A stretch of 64,000 nucleotides of DNA, from NCBI GenBank assembly GCA_044376115.1, contig JBILLK010000007.1:192001-256000 (forward strand), written 5' to 3'. The notes below the pieces were generated by a model. That model made no database searches. It saw only the letters and a program-made list of their open reading frames with translations, and was not told the origin of the DNA. Both the position numbers and the translations under genes were made by a program. This document shows positions 28,560-37,535 of the stretch, piece after piece; the first letter of the stretch is position 1; each line of letters opens with the position of its first letter. This DNA is from Polyangiaceae bacterium. GTDB lineage: Bacteria > Myxococcota_A > Polyangia > Polyangiales > Polyangiaceae.

Positions 28560-28871
28560 CTCAGCAGCCCGGCGGTTGGGGCGATCTGCAGTGACCCGCT
28601 CGCGCTTCTCGCGGACTGCCAGAGTCGCACGACGTTGGACATTCTGTTGCCGATCGGGTCGCAGGGGCCAGCCGTGTACGATCTCGCCACGAGCGGCGTC
28701 ACGGTCACCGAGCTAGCCTCGTCGCTCGGCGAGTCCGAATGCACGCGGTCGGATACGTTGTGGGTGAGCGGCGAGCTCGAGATCCTGGCGATCACGCCAA
28801 CCTTGATTCACGTCGCGCTCAACGACGGCGCTGGCACCGTAGTCGACGCCATCGCGACCCGTTGCAACTGA
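28560..28871 (+). pseudogene. 3' fragment paralogous to the lipoprotein at 31329-32333
   Basis: SSPAVGAICSDPLAL..DDGAGTVVDAIATRCN* aligns by eye with SSPAAGATCVDPLAL..DDGAGTVVDAIATRCN*; 5' two-thirds missing. Confidence 0.85.
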
Positions 28872-29000
28872 GCGGCTGTCAGCGTTTGGTCGCACCTGGT
28901 CCTTGATCAGGGGGCGCTGGTACGGCGCAGGTGCGTTCGGGTTTCGATTTTGTTTGCTCGCTTGCAACCGACCGAGCTGCTCGCCCGTAACCGACGCACC

Positions 29001-29305
29001 ATGGCCTCTACGTTGGCGGTGGACGCTTCACGCGCGCGGCGATCGCTTGCGCCCTTCTCCGGCCAACTTCGCGTCCACGCCGCGATCGAGCAAGAGGCGC
29101 TCTATCCGCGGCTCTTGACCTCGTCGGAGCCCAGCGTCGTGGCAAAAAAGCGCAGAGCCTGCTGGCGGACGTTGGCACCGTGAACGAGGCGTTCTTCGAC
29201 TACCTGAAGGCCTACCCCGACGCCGCTTCCATCCAGGCTGACCCAGCCGAGTTCTCGCGCCGCACGATGCAAACGTTGTATCGCGTGCGCGTACGCATGA
29301 AGCGT
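29001..29305 (+). pseudogene. Frameshifted, truncated hemerythrin-like paralog of 32436-32894
   Basis: DNA closely matches ~32540-32832; A6 at 29144-29149 versus A4 at 32675-32678 shifts the frame. Confidence 0.85.
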
Positions 29306-29411
29306 CGCACCGAAGGAGCAGTTCGACGCGCTGTTGTATCTACGCACGGTGACGCCGGTTACGATGCGCTGAGTTTTGTAGGCACAGTGCGTAAGTATTG
29401 CGGCTCGAACT

Positions 29412-30449
29412 TCACGGCAGCGGCGCGCCAAAGGGTGGCGTAGCGCCCTGCTTCAAACGCTCGGGACTCGCCCAGTCGTGCGCCGGAAGGATGACCGTTG
29501 GCCTTGCTTCGGCCCACTCCTTCACCTTGCCATAGGTGGCGCGCGTCGCATCGAAGTCTGCGTTGATGCCCGCGAGTTGCTCGCTCGTGAGCATCGGCTC
29601 GTTGAAGAACGCATCCCCTACGAACAAAAGGTCCACCTCGAGGCCGTCCACCATGAGCGACCTTGAGCCCGCTGTGTGACCCGGGGTTGGAACGAGCCGA
29701 ATCGCTCCATCGCTGGTGAGCGCGCTCGAGGGGCCGAAGACGCGGGTCAGCTCGTCGTCGACGGTTGGCTCCTGCTCGAAGAAGCGCAGCTCTGCATCGG
29801 CCAGGCTTCTGCACGTAACGAAGCCGCCGTTCGGGCCAAGCTCGTAGTCAACCTGGGACACGTAGACAGGAACGCCAGGAAAGTAGGGGACGCCGCCGGT
29901 GTGGTCCGCGTGCAGGTGCGTGATGACAACACCTCGTACGCTCGCTGGGTCGATCCCGAGGCGCTCCAGTTGCGGGCCAACCTCTTCTTCTGGCGATACC
30001 TCCACCTTGAGAAGCCCGCGGTCGAACTTCCCATCGTTTGGGTCACACGCGTAGTAGTCGGGGTCGGAGTTGAACCTCGAAAGCTCACCGGCGTCGACGA
30101 CGAAGACTCCTTCCGGATGCTCGATGACGTAAACGAAGATCGGCATCGGAGGCTGAAACGCTCGGTCCATCAGCATCGCAAGCACACGCTCGATCAACGT
30201 CGTGTCCTCGGGCTCACAAAGCGTCTCGTGGCAGCGCTTGACCGCGACGGTTCCGATCTGGAGTGCGTGCACTCGCACCGTCCCCCCGGCGGTTTGCAGC
30301 AGGGTTGCCCCGTCCGCGTCCACCCGAACGGGCGACGGCTCCTCGACGGTCTCGCTTTGCGTCTCGCTGCATGCGCCTAACGTCAATAGGGCGCCTACGC
30401 CCAGCACACGTGTTGTGTTCGCGAATCTACTCATCCTTCTTGTGCTCAT
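29412..30449 (-). CDS. Metallo-beta-lactamase-fold hydrolase, AHL-lactonase-like, lipoprotein
   Basis: THLHADH, TPGHTAG, FVGDA, PAHD; lipobox LTLGAC. Confidence 0.88.
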   Translation of the reverse strand: MSTRRMSRFANTTRVLGVGALLTLGACSETQSETVEEPSPVRVDADGATLLQTAGGTVRVHALQIGTVAVKRCHETLCEPEDTTLIERVLAMLMDRAFQPPMPIFVYVIEHPEGVFVVDAGELSRFNSDPDYYACDPNDGKFDRGLLKVEVSPEEEVGPQLERLGIDPASVRGVVITHLHADHTGGVPYFPGVPVYVSQVDYELGPNGGFVTCRSLADAELRFFEQEPTVDDELTRVFGPSSALTSDGAIRLVPTPGHTAGSRSLMVDGLEVDLLFVGDAFFNEPMLTSEQLAGINADFDATRATYGKVKEWAEARPTVILPAHDWASPERLKQGATPPFGAPLP

Positions 30450-30478
30450 GAAGCCGACTCCTTGCTCTCTGTTGGTTA

Positions 30479-30521
30479 GGTAAACACTGCTTGGTAAACA
30501 CTGTTAGGTGAACGGTGTTTA
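30479..30521. promoter_or_regulatory. TetR operator candidate between divergent genes
   Basis: Inverted repeat TAAACACTGTT-N5-AACGGTGTTTA (30495-30521) plus direct repeat GGTAAACACTG at 30479 and 30493. Confidence 0.75.
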
Positions 30522-30558
30522 TTTGAGGCAAGAGGTAAGCGGTGTCAAGCTTCGGGCG

Positions 30559-31173
30559 ATGACAATCGACGGCTCGTCGCGAACGACCGGGAAGCACCAC
30601 GGAGATCTGCGCCAGGCGTTGATGGCGGCAGCCTTGGCGATGGTGGCTACGGGCGACGAAAAATCGCTTTCTTTACGAGAAGTCGCGCGTCGCGCCGGGG
30701 TCAGCCCAGCGGCGCCGTATCACCATTTCGCGGACAAGGAGTCACTGCTCGCTGCGGTGGCGTGCGAGGGGTTCGAGCGTCTCGGGCAGGCGCTGCGCGA
30801 GGCAGCGAAGCTCTCGCGCTCCCCGCAAACCAAGCTCTCGAGGATGGCGGCCGAGTACGTACGCTTCGCCCTGGCTCACCACGTGCACTACCGCATCATG
30901 GTTTCACCGTCGCTGGGGAACGCAGCCGCGCATCCAGCCTTGCACAACGCGTCACTGAATGCTTTCTCGAGCCTTGCCGAGGCCGTTGCTTCGGTGGGAG
31001 GCAAGATCCCCCCCGCTGAGGTGAAGCGGCGTGCCGCCTTCGCTTGGGCACTGGCGCACGGGATTGTCGAACTCAAGCTCAACGGCGCGCTCACGCCGTT
31101 GACCGAGGACGACGCGGAGGTCCTCGCAAAGCACGTCGGGAGTGAGGTGCTGCGGCTAGCCAAAGGCGATTGA
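30559..31173 (+). CDS. TetR/AcrR family regulator with WHG-type C-terminal domain
   Basis: HHGDLRQALM..LSLREVARRAGVSPAAPYHHFADKESLL; AWALAHG. Confidence 0.93.
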   Translation: MTIDGSSRTTGKHHGDLRQALMAAALAMVATGDEKSLSLREVARRAGVSPAAPYHHFADKESLLAAVACEGFERLGQALREAAKLSRSPQTKLSRMAAEYVRFALAHHVHYRIMVSPSLGNAAAHPALHNASLNAFSSLAEAVASVGGKIPPAEVKRRAAFAWALAHGIVELKLNGALTPLTEDDAEVLAKHVGSEVLRLAKGD

Positions 31174-31301
31174 GGTCTCGGGCCGATGCGCAAAGCTGAA
31201 GGCTGCCAGCGCGCGTGAGTAGGCGCTCATGCAGCGGCACAGCTCGGCACTGTTCCTTGTGGACGTTCACGAATATCGGCCGAAAAGGCCTGTTGAGCGT
31301 G

Positions 31302-31317
31302 TGGCACTGGGCTTGCT
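31302..31317 (+). promoter_or_regulatory. sigma54 promoter candidate
   Basis: TGGCACTGGGCTTGCT matches consensus TGGCAC-N5-TTGCW. Confidence 0.72.
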
Positions 31318-31328
31318 CTTGGCGCATC

Positions 31329-32333
31329 GTGAACCTTCAAGCTCGCCCTCTATTCTTCGCTTCCTTTGTCACGGCCTTGCTCGCCGCTGGGTGCTCGAGC
31401 GTCGTTTGCGAGTCCGACGGTTGTTGCGATCAAGACAGCTGCTGTGAGGGCGGTGCGTGTCTGCCTCCCACCCCACACGGCGTGGCTACCCCGTGGGAAA
31501 GTCTCGCAGGAGAGAAGGGCCCTGCGCCTGCGGGTACGCTGCTGCTCAAGCTAACGAGCGGGGAAGGCTTCTGCGCTGCGCCTTGGGTTTCTGAGCTTTC
31601 GTGTGGTGAGGAAGCGGCTTGGGAGGTTGAGTTCGCGCTCCCGCCGCCATTGCAGTTTGCTGGAGCCACGGTGGATCTGGCTGAGCTCGCCGACTTGGGC
31701 GGCGCCTCCTATCGTCAGACGACCGCAGGTGCAGACTGCTCGATCGAGGCCGGGACGCTGAGCGGGACGCTCGAGGTCGTCAGCATCGATGAGACGCAGC
31801 TCGAGGTTCGTGTGACCTCGGCAACGCCGAGCCTTGGCGAGCTGGAGCAAGGGCTGATCGTCCCGCGCTGCCAGAATCCCGAGCTGCCACAACAAGCGGT
31901 TGCCATGACGCAAAGCCAATTCGATCTCCTTTACGCGCTGCGGGATGGCGAGCCCGAGGCGGAAGCCGAGGATGCCGCCGCAGAGCCTTTCATTGAGGAA
32001 ACGTTGCGCGTGTTCGTCGACCGCAGTAGCCCGGCGGCTGGCGCAACCTGCGTGGACCCGCTGGCCCTCTTCGGTGATTGCCAAGACCGGACCACGTTCG
32101 ACATTACGTTGCCGATCGGTTGGCAAGGGCCGGGGACCTACGATCTTCTCGGGAGCGATATCATCGTCAACGAAGCTACATCGCTCGTCGGCGAAGCCGA
32201 GTGCACGCGGGCCGAGAGCTCGTGGACGAGCGGCCAGCTCGAGATCATCGCCAATACGCCAACCCTGCTTCATGTGGTTCTCGACGATGGCGCGGGCACC
32301 GTGGTGGACGCCATCGCCACGCGCTGCAACTGA
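31329..32333 (+). CDS. Cys-rich lipoprotein with two internally repeated domains
   Basis: Lipobox LLAAGC; both halves end ..G(T/Q)LE(V/I)....RC; start uncertain. Confidence 0.75.
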   Translation: MNLQARPLFFASFVTALLAAGCSSVVCESDGCCDQDSCCEGGACLPPTPHGVATPWESLAGEKGPAPAGTLLLKLTSGEGFCAAPWVSELSCGEEAAWEVEFALPPPLQFAGATVDLAELADLGGASYRQTTAGADCSIEAGTLSGTLEVVSIDETQLEVRVTSATPSLGELEQGLIVPRCQNPELPQQAVAMTQSQFDLLYALRDGEPEAEAEDAAAEPFIEETLRVFVDRSSPAAGATCVDPLALFGDCQDRTTFDITLPIGWQGPGTYDLLGSDIIVNEATSLVGEAECTRAESSWTSGQLEIIANTPTLLHVVLDDGAGTVVDAIATRCN

Positions 32334-32435
32334 CCAACCGTTCTCGAGGTGGCCGCTTACGACTGAGGGTCCACCGCGTTTCGGATTATTTCGTTCGGCG
32401 TGCAACTGAGTCAGCCTCTACCCCGTAAGCCGTAG

Positions 32436-32894
32436 ATGGGGCCGGTACATACCTCCTCGAGTCTGACCGCGCGCTTCGCCCGGCAGCACCTTGAGCTCGG
32501 TCGCCTCGCCAAGCTCCTGCTCGCCGAGCTCGATACACGGACTTTGGCGGTGGATGCGTCGCATGCGCGCCGCTCGCTGGCGACCTTCTCCGGCCAGCTG
32601 CGCGTCCACGCAGCGATGGAGCAAGAGGCGCTCTATCCGCGGCTCTTGGCCTCGTCGGAGGCCAGCGTCGTGGCAAAAGCACAGAGCCTGCTGGCGGACG
32701 TCGGCACCGTGTACGAGGCGTTCTTCGACTACCTGAAGGCCTACCCCGACGCCGCTTCGATCGAGGCTGATCCAGCCGAATTTTCGCGGCGCACGATGCA
32801 GACGTTGTATCGCCTGCGCGTACGCATGAAGCGCGAAGACGACGAACTCTATCCGCTGGTCGAGCAGGTGTCGTCGGCGGGCGGCGGCCTCTAG
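32436..32894 (+). CDS. Hemerythrin (HHE) domain protein
   Basis: RQHLEL..LRVHAAMEQEALYP..RMKREDDELYP. Confidence 0.82.
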   Translation: MGPVHTSSSLTARFARQHLELGRLAKLLLAELDTRTLAVDASHARRSLATFSGQLRVHAAMEQEALYPRLLASSEASVVAKAQSLLADVGTVYEAFFDYLKAYPDAASIEADPAEFSRRTMQTLYRLRVRMKREDDELYPLVEQVSSAGGGL

Positions 32895-32898
32895 CGAG

Positions 32899-34599
32899 CT
32901 AGCGCTGGAGATCGATCACTTGCCCACCGCGGCTCAGCACCTCTTCACGCTGCGCTCCGAAGATCGGCGTGCGCGAGTTGACCACGACCTGCAGCGGCTC
33001 TCGAAGGTGAGCCGCAGCTTGCTCGCTGGCCCAGTGAATCGCCTGCCAAATGTCGCTGAGCGGGTTTGAAAAGACGCCACCGCCGATCAGCGTCAGCACA
33101 ACGCGTCTCTTGCCGACCGCGACGGCGGCGAGCAGGGTGCCGAGGTAGCTCGCGCGCAAGAGTTGCCGTCGCACCACGGCCAGTTCCTCCGAGCCGTCGT
33201 CGGGGCCGTAGCTGCCCTGCGCGATGGTGGAGGTCAGCACTTGGCAGATGGTCTTGTGGCCGACGACAGGGCCGCTCCAATCGTGGCCGAAGACCACCTC
33301 GATATCTTCGTGCAGACCAACGCGCGCATGCTCAAAACGATCGAGCAGCGCTTGAGCGAGAGCGGCCTTGTCGCGGATGGCGCTGCCTTGCAGATAGCCG
33401 CGACGGAGCTCGGCCACCTGCGGCTCGAAGACGTCCGCAAGGAAGTTGAGCTGCTGCGCGTTGGTCTGCACAAATCGAGACCCCCGGCGATCGAGCGGCG
33501 CTGCATAGTGACGCAACAGCACGCCGGGAAAAGCCGAGATCGATGCGCGCGGACCTTGCGTGTAGTCGTGCAAGTAGTCGAGCACAGGCACCACGCAGGC
33601 ATCTGGCGCCTCGAGCCCGTTGAACTGCGACGCCACTTGGAACACATCGTTAGGTCCGGCGGTCGCTTGCAGCGTGCCGATGTCGCTGAGCGGATGGGCG
33701 CCGCTCAACACCGCGAGCGAGAGCTTTGCGGGGTATTGCGGCTTTGCGGGCAGACGGTGGCGCAGCTCGGCGATGCTCGGCGTGGAGAAGCGACCTGCAG
33801 CAAAGCTGCGTGCGGCGGCCTGCAGCGTGGCGAAGCCCTGCTCGTCGAAGCTGAAGGCTGCGGGGCCGCGCGCGCTCACTTCGGCCTCCACCGCCGCGAC
33901 GAGTTCAGCGACCGCCGGTTTGCTTTGTTCGCCAGCTCCGAGGGCGCGCTTCGCCAACGCTGGCCAACCCTCGCGCGGCCCGAACAAGGTTTCGAACCAG
34001 GAGCGACTTTCGCTGGCCGCTTGCTTCGCCGGCGCAAAGTCGCTCCCGGCCGAGTTCGCGGCGGCCGGCTTGCAGAAGCTGCGGATGTATCGCTTTTGTG
34101 CGTCGTTCTCGGGGCAAAGCGGATCTTGGCGGACGCGCACCAAGGTGGAAAGGATGGTCTCGTAGGGGAGGCCGCGGCGGGCGAGGTAGCAGCCGGCGAT
34201 GGTGCCGGTGCGACCGAGGCCGCCCATGCAGTGGATGACGATTCGGCCGCCCGCAGCCTCGTGCGCATCGATCGCGGTGAGCAAGGCTTCGACCTCGCTG
34301 CGTTGCGCTGGGACGCCACCGTCGGGGATGGGCAAACGTTTGACCGCCAACCCAAGTTCGGCGGCGCGTGGGTACAACTCGCTCAGGTTGTACGAAAGCT
34401 CGCTGTCCTCGATCAGGCCGACCAACATGGTGACGCCTTGGCGCTTGAGCTCCTGCAGATCCAGCTCGAGGTCGCGCGCCCACCTGAAGCCGCGCGTGCT
34501 GTCGCGGTGCTGCCCTGGAGCGAGGGTCAGTCCCACGCGCGAGGGTGGATCGAGCCAGTCGATGCGCAGAGGGTAGGCGAGGGAGGTGCGCAGTTGCAT
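32899..34599 (-). CDS. CX5R dual-specificity/tyrosine phosphatase (CDKN3-like) fused to an uncharacterised QVASQFN domain
   Basis: MQLRTSLAYPLRIDW..GLTLAPG..RDLELDL..LPIPDGGVP..IHCMGGLGRTG; C-domain FQVASQFNGLE, DYTQGP, LTLIGGGVFSN. Confidence 0.85.
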   Translation of the reverse strand: MQLRTSLAYPLRIDWLDPPSRVGLTLAPGQHRDSTRGFRWARDLELDLQELKRQGVTMLVGLIEDSELSYNLSELYPRAAELGLAVKRLPIPDGGVPAQRSEVEALLTAIDAHEAAGGRIVIHCMGGLGRTGTIAGCYLARRGLPYETILSTLVRVRQDPLCPENDAQKRYIRSFCKPAAANSAGSDFAPAKQAASESRSWFETLFGPREGWPALAKRALGAGEQSKPAVAELVAAVEAEVSARGPAAFSFDEQGFATLQAAARSFAAGRFSTPSIAELRHRLPAKPQYPAKLSLAVLSGAHPLSDIGTLQATAGPNDVFQVASQFNGLEAPDACVVPVLDYLHDYTQGPRASISAFPGVLLRHYAAPLDRRGSRFVQTNAQQLNFLADVFEPQVAELRRGYLQGSAIRDKAALAQALLDRFEHARVGLHEDIEVVFGHDWSGPVVGHKTICQVLTSTIAQGSYGPDDGSEELAVVRRQLLRASYLGTLLAAVAVGKRRVVLTLIGGGVFSNPLSDIWQAIHWASEQAAAHLREPLQVVVNSRTPIFGAQREEVLSRGGQVIDLQR

Positions 34600-34737
34600 G
34601 CGCGAAGCATAGCCAGCCGCGCGTGGCAGCGGTGGGTTGCCGAAATGCCCCATGAGGCGACTGCGCACACGCTGGCTGCGAGCAGCGACGATTAACGCAG
34701 CTTTCTCTGGTGGTGCTGCTCTTGCTGCACGGCCGGC

Positions 34738-35031
34738 ATGATCAACGCAACGCCCGGCATAAGCGCCGCGAGTTTGAAGCCGCTCACGACCGAACTCAGC
34801 GGCTGGGAGAATGAGGGCGGCTCTCCTGCGCCTCGGCCTGTTCGTAAGGTGGAAGTGCCCAGCCGTCTCGTGCGCACGCTCCAGGGCTTGCGTAGCGCTG
34901 CACAAGAACATCCGTACCTAACGTTGGGCGCGGCCTTCAGCGTCGGCCTTTTGCTCGGCACGCGACCACGCGCAAAGACCTTGGTGCGGCTCGCCACCAA
35001 GGTCTTTCTTTTCACGCTGCGCGCGGGTTGA
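34738..35031 (+). CDS. Small protein with ElaB/YqjD-like C-terminal membrane anchor
   Basis: AQEHPYLTLGAAFSVGLLLG pattern; start uncertain. Confidence 0.5.
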   Translation: MINATPGISAASLKPLTTELSGWENEGGSPAPRPVRKVEVPSRLVRTLQGLRSAAQEHPYLTLGAAFSVGLLLGTRPRAKTLVRLATKVFLFTLRAG

Positions 35032-35036
35032 GCGGC

Positions 35037-35936
35037 TCAGTAGCCGGTGCGACGGATGCCGTGGTAGGCGTTCGTCGCGGTGCGTAGACCTTCGATGCAA
35101 CCGGCCGAGCAGCCTTTGCATTCGTAGGCGTACATCGAGCCCCAGCCGTCGCCGGAGCCGTACATGAAGATGTGACCGGCGCCGTTGCTGCGGTAAACCA
35201 TCGCGTCAGCCTCGAGCAGGCTGTCACGCGAGACCGTCTTCCATTGGCTGGTGTCGCTGTTGAAGTCGGCCGTACTGTAGGGGTGCTCGTCGTCGCTCAT
35301 CACCGTGTTCGACGAGGGGACCTGCCAAACTTTGGCAGCGAGACCGGAGCAGTCACCGCCGTATTGGCCGCTGTGGCTGCAGTTGGGGCAGCTGCCAGAG
35401 CAAGAGCCCTCGTTCGATGCGGTCACGCCGTTCTCGGCGAAGCGGCCGTGTCCCCACCAGTAGGAGAAGCCCATGGCAATCTTGGCGCGAGCGATGGCTT
35501 GGGCGCGCTTCGAGCCGCCGGGGTTCTGGGGGTCTTGCGGGTCTTGCGGATCCGCGGGGTCTTCAGCCGGGGGCTGCGGTGCGGACACAAGCTCGAGGTA
35601 CTGCCCGTAAGCCCAACCGACGGTGCCGTTGTGCTTCACTTTGTAGAAGCCGTTCGAGGGCGCTGACTGCTCGACCGTCACCTTCGACCCGTTGGGGATG
35701 GTGTACATGATCGCCTTCGAGGTCGACGGGCCCTTGCGCAGGTTCAGGTTGGCCGTGGTCTTGAGCGTGGAGCCGACGGGAACCGAGCTCGACAACGCGT
35801 CCGAGTTTTGGACCGACTCATCGGCGCCTTGGAGGGCCTCGTCATCAAGCGTTCCTCCTCCCGGGGTGCAAGCGGTGGCAACGACCAGGGCGGCGGGTGC
35901 AACGAGAAGCATCAGTCGGCGTAGGTTGGCGTACAT
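35037..35936 (-). CDS. SH3b + NlpC/P60-like peptidoglycan hydrolase, lipoprotein
   Basis: TTANLNLRKGPST..GFYKVKHNGTVGWAYGQYL (SH3b); GFSYWWG..GDCSGL..GHIFMY. Confidence 0.85.
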   Translation of the reverse strand: MYANLRRLMLLVAPAALVVATACTPGGGTLDDEALQGADESVQNSDALSSSVPVGSTLKTTANLNLRKGPSTSKAIMYTIPNGSKVTVEQSAPSNGFYKVKHNGTVGWAYGQYLELVSAPQPPAEDPADPQDPQDPQNPGGSKRAQAIARAKIAMGFSYWWGHGRFAENGVTASNEGSCSGSCPNCSHSGQYGGDCSGLAAKVWQVPSSNTVMSDDEHPYSTADFNSDTSQWKTVSRDSLLEADAMVYRSNGAGHIFMYGSGDGWGSMYAYECKGCSAGCIEGLRTATNAYHGIRRTGY

Positions 35937-36038
35937 TGTCGGCGTCGCTCTCTTTTAGGGACGAGGTTGCGTGGCACGTCTCCTTCATCAATCAACGTGC
36001 CAATGAAGACCGGATCCAGCGTTAAGGTCGGTACAGGA

Positions 36039-37100
36039 ATGCGCAAAAGTACGTGGTTGGTCGTGGGTGTAGGTGTGGTGGCTACGGCAGCGCTCATCGG
36101 CCGTTCGTGTGCTCGTCCAGTAACGCCGCAGAAAACCGCGGAGACGGTCGAAACCGCGGGAACTACAGTGATTCCGCGTACCCACAAACGAATACCTGGC
36201 CCTCAAACATCAGCCAAATCTTCGGCCTTAACACCTACATCGCGCCAGGATCGGAAGTCCCCCTGGGGTGGGGGCAAGGATGCTCTGGGGCGTGATCAGC
36301 CAAGTGAGGGAAGCCCAAGTGGGCCGATGAGCTTCACTATGGGACCCGGTGGCAAGATGTATGTGCTCGATCAGGTCAATGATCGGGTCGTGAAGATCGG
36401 CCCCGACGGCACCCGCACCGCGTTGCCCATCGCGGCTCCAACGACGCAAGACCTCGTCGTGGGCGCTGACGGAACGATGGCGCTCTTGGATCGCTTTCAA
36501 GGCAAAGAGGTGGCGCTCTACGACGACCAAGGCAACCCGATCGGCGCGCTGCCGCTGGTAGGCGAGGGGCTCGACAACCCTGGCCTCGTGACCGGCGTCT
36601 TCGTCGATGGCACCGATGTTTACGCCGAGCGCGAACACGGGCCGCTGGTCAAAGTGGGGACCACCGATGGCAAGCCGGCCGAGCCCCGCAGCGAGATTCC
36701 GGGACGTCCAACGCGAGACGGGAAGGCCTTCATCAAAGCCGGAATCATCGATGCGCCGACGGGGCGTGCTTACGTGGCCGCCAACGCGCGGCCGTCGGAA
36801 GAGCACATGTACACGCGCGAGTTGAAGCTGGAGGCGCCGATTCACTCGATTCAGCTGCTCGACACGGATCTGTCCGGGCAGATTTATTTTGCGGCGCAGG
36901 TCGAGGAGGAAGGCAACGACGTGATCCTGCTGGTCTGCTTGGAGCAACAAACCGGTGTTGCCGCGGGCACCGCGATCTTGCCGGCCAACACCCTCCCGGA
37001 GGAGAGCTTCCGCGACTTGATCGTGCTCGACGAGGGCGGCGTGATGCTCTCGTTGCGCAGCGAAGAGGGCGTCAGCTACCAATATTTTGACTGCGAGTAA
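36039..37100 (+). CDS. Exported/membrane-anchored beta-propeller (NHL-like) protein
   Basis: N-terminal hydrophobic stretch; GPMSF..GKMYVLDQVNDRVVKI blade pattern. Confidence 0.72.
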   Translation: MRKSTWLVVGVGVVATAALIGRSCARPVTPQKTAETVETAGTTVIPRTHKRIPGPQTSAKSSALTPTSRQDRKSPWGGGKDALGRDQPSEGSPSGPMSFTMGPGGKMYVLDQVNDRVVKIGPDGTRTALPIAAPTTQDLVVGADGTMALLDRFQGKEVALYDDQGNPIGALPLVGEGLDNPGLVTGVFVDGTDVYAEREHGPLVKVGTTDGKPAEPRSEIPGRPTRDGKAFIKAGIIDAPTGRAYVAANARPSEEHMYTRELKLEAPIHSIQLLDTDLSGQIYFAAQVEEEGNDVILLVCLEQQTGVAAGTAILPANTLPEESFRDLIVLDEGGVMLSLRSEEGVSYQYFDCE

Positions 37101-37157
37101 TGCCTCGCTTCGTGAAACTCGACGCGGCCGCCGAGGCCTGATAGCCAACGAGAGCCA

Positions 37158-37535
37158 GTGACAGCGCTCTACTTTATCGCCACCGAGTTCGACTTCGACC
37201 CGGAGGATGACGACTTCCTGGCGATGGTGTTCCTAAAAGGCACGCGCGGAAGTGTGCGTGAATACCTGTGCCTTACCCGCTTCACCGACGAGCAAGACGA
37301 CGGACGCATCTCGATTGAGGTGAGCGAGCAGACTCGGCAAACCTACGACGGGATCGTGCGTTGTACGTTGGCGTTGGGCGGGCTCTCGCTCGAGCTGACG
37401 GAGGAGGCCCGTCGCGCGTTGGGCACCAGCAGCGTGGCCATCGGCTTCGCGCTCGAGCCCGAGCTGTTCGACCGCCTACACGCAGCGCTGCGCTCGATCT
37501 TTCGTGATCGCAAAGGCGTGCTCGTACTCGTCTAG
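37158..37535 (+). CDS. Imm10-like immunity protein
   Basis: YLCLTR..DD..IEVSEQ..YDGIVRCTL..LG..IGF..LRSIF resembles Imm10 (recalled, not searched). Confidence 0.6.
   Translation: MTALYFIATEFDFDPEDDDFLAMVFLKGTRGSVREYLCLTRFTDEQDDGRISIEVSEQTRQTYDGIVRCTLALGGLSLELTEEARRALGTSSVAIGFALEPELFDRLHAALRSIFRDRKGVLVLV

Noticed and set aside
29144..29149. A6 tract as a phase-variation switch or programmed frameshift
   Set aside because: The tract is short, the copy is also truncated at both ends, and an intact paralog exists.
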